A DNA stretch of 64,000 nucleotides from a virus: positions 15,355-79,354 of IMG/VR virus record IMGVR_UViG_3300027806_000003; one strand, given 5' to 3'. Below, piece after piece: positions 36,190-46,696 of this stretch. Positions within the stretch are counted from its first letter, which is position 1. Every line of letters begins with the position of its first letter. Position numbers and translations under genes: made by a program. The notes below the pieces were generated by a model. The model did no database searches. It saw nothing but the letters and a program-made list of their open reading frames with translations, and was not told the origin of the DNA.

Positions 36190-36891
36190 TCAGGCCGCGA
36201 GCGGCTGCAGCACGAGGAAGAACCGGACCGCCGGCAGGTTGGCGGTTGCGCCATTCGTGACGTCAAGCCGCAGCTGCTCGTCGGGCAACAGCGCCGCGTG
36301 TGCCTGGTTCGGGACCGGCAGGTAAAAGGTCCCGCTGTTCGGCAGGGTGTTCACGTTGTTGTAAGTCGCGGTCGTGATCGAATTGCCCGCCTGGTCCTTG
36401 AAGTTGATGACGACCGTGTTGGCCGCGTCGACACCGCCGACGTTGCCCTGCGTGAGCCCGTAGATGCCGAGCACGCGGTGTCCGCGGGGAGCGACAAAGA
36501 CCGGCCGGTCGGCGATGTCGGCACCGGCCGCCAGATCCTCGAGGTCCACCGGCACGATGAGCGACTGAGCCGGGTTGATGCGGCGGACCAGGACGGACGT
36601 CGTGTCATCCCCCGCCGCCTCGACGACGACGCCGGTGTCGAGGTTGCGAATGTCCCGCGTCGAGAGCCCTGTTGCCGGGTCGATGTACGCGCGCTCGCCC
36701 GGGACGAAGACCGTCGCCAAGGCCTTGTCGAGCTCGTCGATGCCCTCAAGCTGCAGGCCGACGAGCTCGTTGGCGGCGGTCGGGGTCGGGACCAGGCCTC
36801 GCACTGCGCCCACGTTCACGAACGTGCCTGCGGCCAGGGCCGCGGCCGGCCGGTGATTGATGCTGTCAGCGCGAGAACGACGAGTGTGCAT
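36190..36891 (-). CDS. DUF2190-like capsid cement protein with extra C-terminal domain
   Basis: D.INHRP...AAG..V...G....AANELVGL..EG...DKA; AAGGAG RBS. Confidence 0.7.
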   Translation of the reverse strand: MHTRRSRADSINHRPAAALAAGTFVNVGAVRGLVPTPTAANELVGLQLEGIDELDKALATVFVPGERAYIDPATGLSTRDIRNLDTGVVVEAAGDDTTSVLVRRINPAQSLIVPVDLEDLAAGADIADRPVFVAPRGHRVLGIYGLTQGNVGGVDAANTVVINFKDQAGNSITTATYNNVNTLPNSGTFYLPVPNQAHAALLPDEQLRLDVTNGATANLPAVRFFLVLQPLAA

Positions 36892-36990
36892 GTGTGCTCC
36901 TTGCTCGGGTGTGTGTGCCCCGCCAGTGCGGAGCGTGAATCCAGGCCCTTGGCTCTCGCCCTGGGCCTGGTTGAAGTCAGTGGGAGTCGA

Positions 36991-39132
36991 TCAGGCCTTG
37001 CCCTTGGACCAGGCGAGCCCGCGGCCATCGCCCTTGCCAGCGCCGTAGCGGGCATACGCACGGATCGAGAAGCCCAGGACGTCTGCCGGAGCGTCGACGG
37101 CCTCGACCGTGACGTCCTGATTGCCCTGGACAAAGACCATGTCCACGGGCATGACCGAATCGCCGAGGATGGCGAAGTTGTCCTCCTGGCTGCCAGGGAC
37201 GAACTTCGTCAAGGACATGAACGGGCTGCAGATCGGCGTGAGCTTGCCCTGGTGCGGGTTGTCGGCCAGCTTGGGCTTGTTGGCGGTCGTCGTCTCGTTG
37301 ACCTGCTGGGCCTTGTACAGCAGATCCGCGGCGGTCTTGTTCTTCGTCGTGACCAGCACCTTGGTCGGCTGAAGGAGGATCGGCAGACCGTTCGCGTCGA
37401 CCTGATCCATCAGCAGCCGCTCGAGGGCGCTGATCGATTCGATCGAGAAGGCCGAGTCCGCACCCTCGATGTAGTTCTTCCTGGCGGCGCTGATCTCCGT
37501 GCCGAGCATGGAGAAGAGCACCTTGTACGCATCAATTTCAATCTGCTGCGCGGCGTGCACGGCGAACATCCCGGGCAGGCGATCGAGCGCGCCGAGGTGG
37601 TCGTTGATGTACATGACCTCGGTGATGTTCACGATGCCGGCAATCTGCTTCGCCTGCGTCGTGAACTCGCTCTCCTGGAGGCTCACGTCCTGAATCGTGC
37701 CGTCCTTGGCGACTTCGCGCATCGTCCCCAAGAGATCGATCTGATACGACTTGCTCGGCTGGAAGTTGGCGACGGGCCGCACGCTGCAGAACTGCCTCCA
37801 GGTCATGGGCTGCCGCTGCCACTGTTCCCGAAGGCGAGCGTCAACATACGAGTTGAACACGCTGGCCAGGGGAATGGTGCTCGCCGAGGCGGCTTGGATC
37901 GTGCGCTTCGCCTGAGCACGAAGCTGCAAGTCCAGTGCCTTCGCGGCCCGGAGCTCATCGGTGTGCGACATGTTGACCGAGTACTCGCCGTGAGCGGCCA
38001 GGAACTGGCGGACGGTCTTCTGAAGCGACGAACCGAGGCTCAGGCGATCGCCCTGCTCGACCGCCTGTGCGCCGAAGCGGCGGATGCGGTCATCGTCCTT
38101 CATGACTCCTGCGGTGAGGCCGGCCGCCAGGCAGAGGCCGATGGTCCCGGGCGTGGTGCCGCTGTTGATGTGCGCGGCGGGCGCGCTGGACGCCTTGAGC
38201 TTGAACACTTCGAGTTCGACCTTTTCGGCGGTCCACTTGTTCCTGATGGCCTTCGCGGCCAGCTCGAGGTGGGTGGTGCCGCAGATCTCCAGGATCTTGC
38301 TCTGACGCTCGAGGTTCTGCGCGAGCTCCTCATCGCTGGCCTGGATCGTCGATCGGCTGTTCGCCGCGGCCAGCCGCCCTCGGCTCGCGGCCTGAACGCC
38401 GGTCGCCGCGCCGGAGCCAGCGGCAGCCGCCTCGCCGGCCTTGGCCGCGTCGGCCTGCTCGGCGTCGTACTCCGCCTGCAACGTGGTCATCTCGTCGTCC
38501 GTCAGGTCCGCCAGGACCTTGCCCTTCGCCTTCACCCATGCCTCGAAGCCCATGCGTTTCTCCTTTGTTTCGCCCGCGCGCTGGGCGGCGAGCCTGGTTT
38601 CCGTGTCCGGGTCCGCGCCCGCCGCCACAAGCGACACTTCGCGGAGCCGTGACGTGGTGACGATTTCAACAGGGCCAACGACCTCGCGGCCGTTGACCAC
38701 GGTCTTTTCTCCCGCTCTCAATTCCCTTGTCTCGATGACATCGATTCCAATCGAGGCCTCCCACGAATAGCCGTTTTTGGCCATCGCGACGACAAGGTCG
38801 GCCTCCGGGTACCCAATCGCGGACACCACGGCCGCGACATAGAGCTGGCCGGTGTCGACACGCGCCGACTCAAGATGACCGAGGATCTTGGACTCGTCGT
38901 GCTGACGCAGGAATGAGCGAGGCTTGCCCTCGCGGAGGTCGATCCCCGCCAAGTCGACGACGACCCCATCCCAGAAACCGGGATGCTCGATGCGGCTGCC
39001 TGTGTAGGCGAGACTCTCGAACCGCGGGAGCTTCGTGCCGTCCGCGTTCTGAAACTTCATGCTGCCGCCCGAGGAGGCGAGCCGAATCTGGCGCGTGCGC
39101 GAAACGTTGAGGTTGAGTCGGCGGGTCTTCAC
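36991..39132 (-). CDS. Prohead protease-scaffold-major capsid fusion (Mu gpT-like capsid)
   Basis: AYTG, HD...ILGH, WEASIG and LREVSLVAAGAD protease motifs; capsid motifs V.NF, YINDHLGAL and NP.QG; GTG coupled to the portal stop. Confidence 0.88.
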   Translation of the reverse strand: MKTRRLNLNVSRTRQIRLASSGGSMKFQNADGTKLPRFESLAYTGSRIEHPGFWDGVVVDLAGIDLREGKPRSFLRQHDESKILGHLESARVDTGQLYVAAVVSAIGYPEADLVVAMAKNGYSWEASIGIDVIETRELRAGEKTVVNGREVVGPVEIVTTSRLREVSLVAAGADPDTETRLAAQRAGETKEKRMGFEAWVKAKGKVLADLTDDEMTTLQAEYDAEQADAAKAGEAAAAGSGAATGVQAASRGRLAAANSRSTIQASDEELAQNLERQSKILEICGTTHLELAAKAIRNKWTAEKVELEVFKLKASSAPAAHINSGTTPGTIGLCLAAGLTAGVMKDDDRIRRFGAQAVEQGDRLSLGSSLQKTVRQFLAAHGEYSVNMSHTDELRAAKALDLQLRAQAKRTIQAASASTIPLASVFNSYVDARLREQWQRQPMTWRQFCSVRPVANFQPSKSYQIDLLGTMREVAKDGTIQDVSLQESEFTTQAKQIAGIVNITEVMYINDHLGALDRLPGMFAVHAAQQIEIDAYKVLFSMLGTEISAARKNYIEGADSAFSIESISALERLLMDQVDANGLPILLQPTKVLVTTKNKTAADLLYKAQQVNETTTANKPKLADNPHQGKLTPICSPFMSLTKFVPGSQEDNFAILGDSVMPVDMVFVQGNQDVTVEAVDAPADVLGFSIRAYARYGAGKGDGRGLAWSKGKA

Positions 39133-40667
39133 TGGGCGGCCTCCTGCAGGTTGTTGTCGGCGCTGCCCTGGCCGCTCGCGGTCGATGATGCCGGCTGCGA
39201 GGCCTTGGGCTGCATGAACTCGAGCTGCGTGCCCCCGAGCATCGCGCGTTCGCTGCGGATCATGCTCGCTTGGCTGCGCGGGTCGCGCGTGCTGTACTGG
39301 CGGACGCAGTCGCCCCACGTCTTCAGTCCGTGGCGCACCGCTTCGATGTCGGCGTTCATCGTCTTTTCAACGTCGACGTGCGGCCGGATCGGCCAGGCCC
39401 AGAAGGCCTGCAGTCGCAGCAGCAGCGATCGGAGCCGATAGGAGAACTTGCCTTCGCCTGCTCGCGCCGCCCACAGCTGGTCGCTCTTGACGGCGTACCA
39501 GAGGTACTTGTCCAGGAGCGGGGCGATCACGAGCTCCTCGATCCGCATCTGCCGGTCCTGCGTGGCCAGGTTGTACGACTGGAAGTCCAGTCGGGCGCTC
39601 GCGTACGAGTGCCCGCTGCTGTCGCCAAACGCGATGCAGTACGGCATCAGCACCGCACGCGCCGCCTCCGTGACGACCGACTTGTAGTACTCGCCATACG
39701 TTGCGCCGCCGTGGCCGGGCTGCAGCATCTGCGCTTCCCAGCCTGCCGGCAGCGTGACCGCCATGCGGTTGGCGAGCGGGAGCGTCAGACCGGTCGCGAC
39801 CTTGGCAGTCTGGCCGTCCGGCGGCGTGTCGGTCTTGAAGAACACGGCGAAGTTGGCGTTCGTCTCGGCCTGGGCAACCGTCGCCAGGCCGAACCGGCGA
39901 AGGTTGGCGAGCAGCGGGATGGCCGCGGCGATCGCGGGGAAGCCTCTTCGCTGGCCTGGGCGCTGCCAGTCGAATAGGTGCAGCATGTCCTCGGCGTCGA
40001 CCGGCGTCGTCTCGAGCGACGCGCCCAGGCCGTTCACCTCGCCGGGGTGATCGACCCGCACGTGGTAGCGGATGGGGTTGCCGAAGGTGTCGTAATCGAT
40101 GCCCGAGACATGCTCCGGCGACTCGAAGACAAACGGGGAGCTTTCGACCTGGTCGGCTTCGAGGAGGCGAAGATCCAGCTGGATCGGGTGCTTGATCTTC
40201 GGGTTGTGGAGCATGACGCCGAAGGCCTCGCCGTCGATCGCCTCAGCGCGGACCATGACGGAGAGCTTGCGGCGCAGTGCGATCGCTCGCGCCCACTTCT
40301 GGAAGAGAACCTCGAACTCGTCGATCTCGGCGCGGAGGTCGTCGTCGGGCTGTTCGCCCATCGGAAGGTCAAGTTGCAGCGTCGGCCCGCGGCCGATCGT
40401 GTCGATGGTGAGCGTCTGCACCATGCCCGCCAGGACGGCGTTGTTGGCGGCTTCGGCGCGGCAGCGCTCGCGGGCGATGCGGCGGACCTGGGGTACCAGG
40501 CTCGCGATCGCCGAGCGGTCGTCGGCCGTCTGCAGGAAGTGACGCGCGATCTCCGGGGTGTTCCGCGCGATGTCGTACCGCGTGGCCTCGACTCGCGCAG
40601 GCTCAGCAGAAGCAGCCATGGCGGGCGGCGAGGCCTGGACACCGGTTGGAAGGTCTACGTAGATCAT
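39129..40667 (-). CDS. Portal protein, lambda family
   Basis: DGEAF, LEADQV, GI.YD.FGNPIRYH, RPGQRRG and DSS.HSYASARLD motifs. Confidence 0.93.
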   Translation of the reverse strand: MIYVDLPTGVQASPPAMAASAEPARVEATRYDIARNTPEIARHFLQTADDRSAIASLVPQVRRIARERCRAEAANNAVLAGMVQTLTIDTIGRGPTLQLDLPMGEQPDDDLRAEIDEFEVLFQKWARAIALRRKLSVMVRAEAIDGEAFGVMLHNPKIKHPIQLDLRLLEADQVESSPFVFESPEHVSGIDYDTFGNPIRYHVRVDHPGEVNGLGASLETTPVDAEDMLHLFDWQRPGQRRGFPAIAAAIPLLANLRRFGLATVAQAETNANFAVFFKTDTPPDGQTAKVATGLTLPLANRMAVTLPAGWEAQMLQPGHGGATYGEYYKSVVTEAARAVLMPYCIAFGDSSGHSYASARLDFQSYNLATQDRQMRIEELVIAPLLDKYLWYAVKSDQLWAARAGEGKFSYRLRSLLLRLQAFWAWPIRPHVDVEKTMNADIEAVRHGLKTWGDCVRQYSTRDPRSQASMIRSERAMLGGTQLEFMQPKASQPASSTASGQGSADNNLQEAAQ

Positions 40668-40867
40668 GTTCCGGGGGGCTGGGGGATGATCTTGACGAAG
40701 CCGATCGCGCTGAGTGGGTTGCTTGAGACGCTTGCCCGCTGGATCTCTCGGCGTGCCTCGATCGTCTCGGTCACGCTGTCGAGGGTGACCGACTGGCCAT
40801 CCGACGTCGTCGAGCGCACGCCCTCTTTGGCTCGCTCCTCGATTTTCGTCTTCAGCTCGTCAGCCAT
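40664..40867 (-). CDS. Head completion protein (gpW-like)
   Basis: 67 aa, S.TSDGQSV; directly before portal. Confidence 0.6.
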   Translation of the reverse strand: MADELKTKIEERAKEGVRSTTSDGQSVTLDSVTETIEARREIQRASVSSNPLSAIGFVKIIPQPPGT

Positions 40868-40960
40868 TGCAAGGGCTCCTGGTCCGCTTGGTTCTACCGA
40901 CTGGTCCACCTTCGGGCAAGGGCTCGGGGGAAAACGTCCCAGCGTCTGGGACGTTCCGTG

Positions 40961-43093
40961 TCAATTCAGTCGTCGCGGACCGCCGATGGGGGGAGCGAGG
41001 GCGTCGAGCGGACCGAGCACCGCAAGGGCGAGCTCCCGGCCGTTGAGGTCGTACTCGGGCCTCAGCCAGTCCAGGTGTGGCTGCACTCGCGGCGTCGCCG
41101 ACGCCAGGGCAAAGGGCGAGTCGAGGAACGTCGGCGAGTCGGTGAGGTTCACGCCGGGCACGACGTTGCCTCCGCCGAAGTCGCGTGGGACTTCACGAAC
41201 ACCGAAGAACTCGCAGCCGGCCATGCCTCCGGTGCCGCCGGCCGCGGGTGCTCCGTTGCGGAATCCAACGACGTTCTTGTCGGTGCCGCTGACCGGCGCG
41301 CCCCCAAGGAAGGTGAGGCGGCTGTTGACGCCGAAGCTCTTCGAGAACTCCGTCGACCTGAATCGAGCGAGGAACTCGGCCATCTGGTTCGGCGCAGACT
41401 TGATCGTGAACTGCGAGTTGGCCATGGCGATGACGGGCGTCGAGCCCGTGTTCGTGGCGAAGATCGTCCAGTAGGTCGTGCTATTCCCGGCGAGCGATCG
41501 GGCGTCGATCTCGAAGCGGCTTCCCATGAAGAGCAGGTTGTTGTTCGAAGCGTTCAACGCGACGACTGCGCCCGAGCCCGACGTCCACGGGATCTGGACA
41601 TCGCACCCGAGGTACGAGGTGTCCATCGACAGCGAGAGGGCTCCGAGCCGTCCGAGCGGCTGTCGGCAGAGGATGACGCGCGATCGCCCCCACGAGGTGG
41701 CAAGCTCGGCGTTGGGCTGGCTCTGGCCATCGCCGCGGCCGTCAGCGCCGCCGATGAAGACGACGCTCCCACCGTCGGCGACTGCGTCCTCGTCGATCTC
41801 GCAGTCCATGATGATGGCCAACGCCGGTGGCGGCTGGTTCGCACCCGCGTGACCGTACCAGCCCTGGCACACGCCACGGGGCGTGCTCGTAATCGTCGTG
41901 CCCGTTCCGTTGGTACCCAGGTTGAGCGACCGAAGGTTTCCACCGATCAGCCGATCCCCGATGACCAAGAACTCGTTGCCGCCGCCTTGCGCGTAGTCCA
42001 CGTGAACCGTCGAGTTTCCGAGGTTGTCTCCCTGCGTGAAGCCCGCCGAGTTTCGCCAGTAGAGCGTCGTCCCGCCCGTCGCGTTCAGGGCTGTGACGAG
42101 GTGGCCGTACGCGTGGTGACCGCTATAGCCGACCACGCAGTTGTCGATGACGGCGTACTTGTTGCCCTCGTGGGTCAGATGAATGCAGTACGCCTGGCTG
42201 ACGCCGACGTCGGAGTTCATGCCCCAGCCCGCAACGACGAGGCCGCTACTTCGGAAGCCCGTGACGTCGCCGACGCTGATACCCCGTGTCGTCGCGATCT
42301 GGGCTTCGATCCGGCCTGTGGTGTTCTGGATCGCGTTCCTCGCGGACCGCGAAACGTGGAAGAGTCGCTGGTTCGTCGGGTCATAAACCGCGCTGTCCTG
42401 GTCGAGGGCCGCGAGCGTCGCCAGCTGCGCGGTGATCGTCGGGCTTGTCGCCGCGGTGAGCCGACCACCCCAGGCGATCGTCTGCCGACCCATGCCTCCC
42501 GCCGCTCCGTCGCGCGGATCATCCTCGGCGAAACGCGTGTGATACACGGTCTGCGTGACGGAGCGGAACCAGACGTTGCCCGGCAGTCCGGCGTACCCGC
42601 CGCCGAGCGTGCTCGCGAGCGTCCACCCGCCGGCAAAGGGGGCGAGAAAGCCCAGGATCTGCGGCGCTCGTTGGAGCGAGCCCACGTCGTCAGCGCCCGC
42701 TGTCGCTGTGCCTCGATACCCGGTGATGGTGATGTTGTTCAGGTTGATGTTGGTCTGCGAGCCCGCCAGGTTGGCGGGGTCGCAACGGAACACATCGCCG
42801 CGGCGGAGATAGATCGTCGTGTTCGCTTGTGCGTTCGCGGCGATGATCGCGGCGAGGTCGGCCGTGTGCCGAGCGCCGAAGGCCAGTGCCGGTGTCGTCC
42901 CGTTCCTGGCTGGATTGGCACCAGTCACGGCACCGGTCGCCGACCCGTTCGCGTTGAACTCGATGTAGATCGAGTTTTGCCGCTGGATCGGGCACAGGCT
43001 CAGCAGGAGTTGAGCGCCGGCCTTGATCCACAGAAGCTCGGCGCGAGTGCCGGGCGCAGGAAGCGGTCCCTGGCTGTCGAGCAGGAAGGGCAT
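40961..43093 (-). CDS. Large beta-rich protein, possibly right-handed beta-helix (fibre/depolymerase)
   Basis: IYLRRGDVF, ITITGY and IDNC.V.YSGHH motifs; G/N/T-rich. Confidence 0.55.
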   Translation of the reverse strand: MPFLLDSQGPLPAPGTRAELLWIKAGAQLLLSLCPIQRQNSIYIEFNANGSATGAVTGANPARNGTTPALAFGARHTADLAAIIAANAQANTTIYLRRGDVFRCDPANLAGSQTNINLNNITITGYRGTATAGADDVGSLQRAPQILGFLAPFAGGWTLASTLGGGYAGLPGNVWFRSVTQTVYHTRFAEDDPRDGAAGGMGRQTIAWGGRLTAATSPTITAQLATLAALDQDSAVYDPTNQRLFHVSRSARNAIQNTTGRIEAQIATTRGISVGDVTGFRSSGLVVAGWGMNSDVGVSQAYCIHLTHEGNKYAVIDNCVVGYSGHHAYGHLVTALNATGGTTLYWRNSAGFTQGDNLGNSTVHVDYAQGGGNEFLVIGDRLIGGNLRSLNLGTNGTGTTITSTPRGVCQGWYGHAGANQPPPALAIIMDCEIDEDAVADGGSVVFIGGADGRGDGQSQPNAELATSWGRSRVILCRQPLGRLGALSLSMDTSYLGCDVQIPWTSGSGAVVALNASNNNLLFMGSRFEIDARSLAGNSTTYWTIFATNTGSTPVIAMANSQFTIKSAPNQMAEFLARFRSTEFSKSFGVNSRLTFLGGAPVSGTDKNVVGFRNGAPAAGGTGGMAGCEFFGVREVPRDFGGGNVVPGVNLTDSPTFLDSPFALASATPRVQPHLDWLRPEYDLNGRELALAVLGPLDALAPPIGGPRRLN

Positions 43094-43096
43094 GGC

Positions 43097-43399
43097 TTAC
43101 TCCGTGGGGATGACAGAGGCGATCGCGTTGCCGCCGACGGCGCGGAGTCGCAGTGTCTTGAGGCCTGCCAGCTTGCCGCCGGTTCCAAGCTCGCGCTCCT
43201 TCCGAAACTCGACGGACGTCCCGGGGCTGACCTTGTGCCAGGTGGCTCCGTGAATCTCCGGCGCGTTGACCTCGACTGCCGTGGGGCTCGCGAACTCGCA
43301 GGTCACCAGGACGGACCGATAGGGCGCGCCGAAGTCGCCGTTGAAGACTTCGTTGGTGGCTCCGCTGGCGATGGTGACCGAGTTGAAGGGCAGACTCAT
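43097..43399 (-). CDS. Small beta-rich hypothetical protein
   Basis: GGAG RBS; tightly linked to the 710-aa gene. Confidence 0.6.
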   Translation of the reverse strand: MSLPFNSVTIASGATNEVFNGDFGAPYRSVLVTCEFASPTAVEVNAPEIHGATWHKVSPGTSVEFRKERELGTGGKLAGLKTLRLRAVGGNAIASVIPTE

Positions 43400-43516
43400 G
43401 AGCGGCTCCGGTGGGGATCTCGCACGCGACGTGTGGCTGTCGTCGCGGAAGTCCTACCAGCTCACGCTGAGGGGATCAATGGGCGGCGGCGGAACGTCCC
43501 AGACGCTGGGACGTTC

Positions 43517-43822
43517 TCACAAAATTTGTTCGATGGTGCAGAAGACGTGCTTGCAGTAGTCGCACTCGCGCCAGCGCTGGCGAAAGTTCGCCCCCACGTT
43601 GGTCTCGCGGAACCGGCTGGTCTTCACGCTCGCGTTGCAGCCACACTTTGGGCAGCGGATCGGATCTCCGCTCGGCTGGTACGCGGGGTCGAGCGCGGCG
43701 TATGGCCCGCTCGGCGCTGCCGGCCCCGAGGTGGCATCTGCGGACGCGGGTGTCGGCGGCGGAGCTCCGCCGGCTGGACGCGCGGGTGGTGGACCCTTCT
43801 TGCCTTTGTCGCTCAGCCCCAT
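43517..43822 (-). CDS. Zn-ribbon protein (Ogr/NrdR-N-like)
   Basis: CPKCG...RQRWRECDYCKHVFCT.E. Confidence 0.7.
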   Translation of the reverse strand: MGLSDKGKKGPPPARPAGGAPPPTPASADATSGPAAPSGPYAALDPAYQPSGDPIRCPKCGCNASVKTSRFRETNVGANFRQRWRECDYCKHVFCTIEQIL

Positions 43823-45909
43823 GCGGAACTCCCGGGTTGACTGCCGACCTGCCACAGCCTGGCGAGGTCGACGAATTCGCTGCCTTCGTCGCTGGTCGCG
43901 GTCGGCCACAAGGTCAGGCCTTCCATGCTCGCGGCCGCGGCGCAGCCGACGAGGCCGTCCCACCAGTGGTTGTCGCGGCCCGCGGCTCCGCCCCATTCGT
44001 CGAGCCGCCGGCCGTGGCCGACCGTGCGCGTCGGCCGCTCGGAGCGGATGTGGTCAATGAGCATGCGGTGCAGGTCCGCGTTCGCGTCGAGCTGGCCGTA
44101 GAAGGTCAGCGCGCCCGGGTCACCCGGTGCGGTGCGGAGGCGATCGGCGACGAACGTCTTCCAGTAGTTCACGTCAATCTGGAGGAGCCTCGTCGCTCGT
44201 GCGGCCTTGGGCGAGGTGAGCAGCCAGTGCAGGCCGCGGCGCTCGCCTGGTCTGATCTTCCAGGTGCTCATCGGGGACTTCGCCGCGGTGATGCCGACGC
44301 CGGCACTCGGCGTGATGATCGCTTTGTGTGGGCTGATCCTGGCGATCTCGTGGACGATCTCGGTGCTGACGTTCCAGTTGGAGTCGATCAGCAGCCGGCT
44401 CAGCAGCATCTCTGCGCCGTCCTCTCGCAGCCACGTGCGGCCGCAGAGGTCGTTGGTCAGATCAATCAGGCCCTGGCGGAGCCGGGCCTGCTGGTCGTGC
44501 CCGGGGTAGCGCTTGCTCAGTGTCTCGCGGATGTCGCGGTTGCTGAAGTAGGCGTCGGCTTGGCCCGGCCAGGTGCCATAAGCGATCACGCTCCCGCGCA
44601 TCCGCTCGCCCCAAGCGCAGATCACGTACCACAGCGCCTCGCCCTGCACGTCGACGAAGCCGGTGAGGTGGCTCGCGTAGAGGGGCACGCGGCCGCGCGG
44701 GAGACCGCTCAGCCTGGCGGCGAGATCGGCGGCGCTGAGGAGCTTGGCCTCCGTCTCATCGCGAAGCGGCTCCAGCTGATACTCGCTGGCGAACATCTGC
44801 GGGCGCAGGAGGTAGATGTGCATGAGGCTCTGCACGGCGCTCACGCATCCGGGCTCGATTCGCTCCGGCCAATAGACCTCAGCGCCGTGGTCCAGCTGCT
44901 TGCGGTGTCGCTTGTAGAACGCGTTGACCTCGCCGAAGTCCTTCCGGAGGGTCGCCGCGCGGAGCAGCTCGAGGTACTGACCTCGCCAAAGGTCGAGCCG
45001 CTCGGGCATGGTGATCATCGCGCGGAACCGCTCGCCCGACCATTGCGGGCTCTTCTCGCGGTCGAGCAGCCGGTCGGCGAGGTCGTCATGCTCAATGACC
45101 GTGCAGGGGACGACCGTCGCGAGGGGCCGCGTCGGTCCCTGCAGGCCCTGCAGGCCGGACTCGAGCGTGCGTTGCCGAGAGACGACCTGGGCCGGGCTCC
45201 GCGCCGACGCGTCGGTCTGCGGGTCGTCGGCGATGACGAGCTCCGGCCTGACGGAACGGCCGTCGCGGCGCTGGTGATTCAGCCCGCGGAAGCCCGACTC
45301 GAGACCGACCGCCTCGATGATGCAGCCCGCGGCCTTGGAGCCCGGGATGTCCGGGAGCACGATGACTCCGTCACCCCATTGCATGTGCGTGCGCCGGCCG
45401 TGGTGCAGCTGGCCCGCACATCGCCGCGGCTCGCCCTCGAGCGCCGCGATCGGATAGCAGACCTCCGGGAAGTCGGCGGCGAGTTCGACCGATGTCTCCA
45501 GCCAAGTCTTCAGCGTCGCGATCGACTGCTCCGCCTTCTTCTCTGACGCGCCGACGAACAGGATGTACGGCACCCCGTTCAATGCGGCCCAGAGCGTGGC
45601 GGCCTCGCAGAGCTTGGTCTTTCCCGAGCCGCGTGGCATGCCGACGGCGAACCCTCCGCCCTGGCGGATGACGGCCTCCAGGACTTCGATCACTCGCAGG
45701 TGTGCTTTGCTGAATGTCAGCGCGAAGGTCGCCGGGAAGTACGTTCGGCAGAACGTCTCCAGGCTCGCGAGGCAGCGGTGCTTTCGTGCCGGCCGTGCGA
45801 CCCTGGGGATGCGGCCGATGTCACGGCCCTCCCGCGAGATGCGCTGCTCACGCGCACCTGCAGACTTGAGCTTGCGCTGATAACTCGCTCCCTTGCCGGC
45901 CTTTGGCAC
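43813..45909 (-). CDS. Terminase large subunit
   Basis: PRGSGKT Walker A, IADDPQ Walker B, GFVDVQ, LIDSN and NHWWDGLVG motifs. Confidence 0.92.
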   Translation of the reverse strand: MPKAGKGASYQRKLKSAGAREQRISREGRDIGRIPRVARPARKHRCLASLETFCRTYFPATFALTFSKAHLRVIEVLEAVIRQGGGFAVGMPRGSGKTKLCEAATLWAALNGVPYILFVGASEKKAEQSIATLKTWLETSVELAADFPEVCYPIAALEGEPRRCAGQLHHGRRTHMQWGDGVIVLPDIPGSKAAGCIIEAVGLESGFRGLNHQRRDGRSVRPELVIADDPQTDASARSPAQVVSRQRTLESGLQGLQGPTRPLATVVPCTVIEHDDLADRLLDREKSPQWSGERFRAMITMPERLDLWRGQYLELLRAATLRKDFGEVNAFYKRHRKQLDHGAEVYWPERIEPGCVSAVQSLMHIYLLRPQMFASEYQLEPLRDETEAKLLSAADLAARLSGLPRGRVPLYASHLTGFVDVQGEALWYVICAWGERMRGSVIAYGTWPGQADAYFSNRDIRETLSKRYPGHDQQARLRQGLIDLTNDLCGRTWLREDGAEMLLSRLLIDSNWNVSTEIVHEIARISPHKAIITPSAGVGITAAKSPMSTWKIRPGERRGLHWLLTSPKAARATRLLQIDVNYWKTFVADRLRTAPGDPGALTFYGQLDANADLHRMLIDHIRSERPTRTVGHGRRLDEWGGAAGRDNHWWDGLVGCAAAASMEGLTLWPTATSDEGSEFVDLARLWQVGSQPGSSAWG

Positions 45910-45994
45910 TTATGGGTCTCGGGGGCTCCCCGCCATTTCGTGGCGTCCTGCCGGTGGGGTGGCTCAATCGTATCGGGAAAGGTATCGTCAGTGC

Positions 45995-46246
45995 ATGCCA
46001 AGTCTCCGCGAGCAACTCGAGCCCCACATCCGCGCGTTCGGCGTCGGCAGGTTGGCGGATGCGACCGGCATCCGCGGCCCGAACATCTCCGAGTTCCTTC
46101 ATGGCAAGCGGAGCATGCGTGAGGAGAACCTCACCAAGATGGCGACGGCGCTCGGCTTTGAGATCGTCATCCGCCGGACGAAGTCAGCCTCGGCGGGCGC
46201 TCGGCCGGCCGCTCGTCCCGCTGCTCGCCCGCGGCGTCGCGCGTGA
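45995..46246 (+). CDS. XRE-like HTH protein
   Basis: RLADATGIRGPNISEFLHGKR. Confidence 0.7.
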   Translation: MPSLREQLEPHIRAFGVGRLADATGIRGPNISEFLHGKRSMREENLTKMATALGFEIVIRRTKSASAGARPAARPAARPRRRA

Positions 46247-46432
46247 TCGGCGCGGTGGTTTGATGATCAGCGTTGCGCCGAGGGCCTTGACGATCGCCTC
46301 GATGTGCTTCACCGGCAGTTCCCGACGGCCGGCCATGTAGGCGTTCAGCGATGGGGCGTGGATGCCGATCTCCGCGGCGCAGCGGGCCTGGCCGTACTCG
46401 TTGATCAGTGGTGTCAGTTGTTCGCGGATCAT
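46184..46432 (-). CDS. XRE-like HTH protein
   Basis: QARCAAEIGIHAPSLNAYMAGRR. Confidence 0.7.
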   Translation of the reverse strand: MIREQLTPLINEYGQARCAAEIGIHAPSLNAYMAGRRELPVKHIEAIVKALGATLIIKPPRRSRATPRASSGTSGRPSARRG

Positions 46433-46674
46433 GCGTGCTCCTGGAGAGTCTGGCGGATCTCGAGCGGGTCCCTCCCGGTCAGCACCGAGAGGGAGACGAT
46501 CAGGTGTGAGAGGACTCGCTCATTCTTCGCGACGTCGCGTGCGGTCGCTGGCATTCTGCGGGCGCGCTTGTCGCCGGCCTCGATCGCGGCCTCGATCCCG
46601 GTCAGCAGCTTGAGCATCTGCAGGGCGGTGGTCTGGCGGCGGGACTCGGGCGCGAGCTTGTTCGTGATCTTCAT
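46429..46674 (-). CDS. Small hypothetical protein
   Basis: AAGGAG RBS; ATGA overlap. Confidence 0.6.
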   Translation of the reverse strand: MKITNKLAPESRRQTTALQMLKLLTGIEAAIEAGDKRARRMPATARDVAKNERVLSHLIVSLSVLTGRDPLEIRQTLQEHA

Positions 46675-46696
46675 GGGGGTGCTCCTTTGGGGCGTT

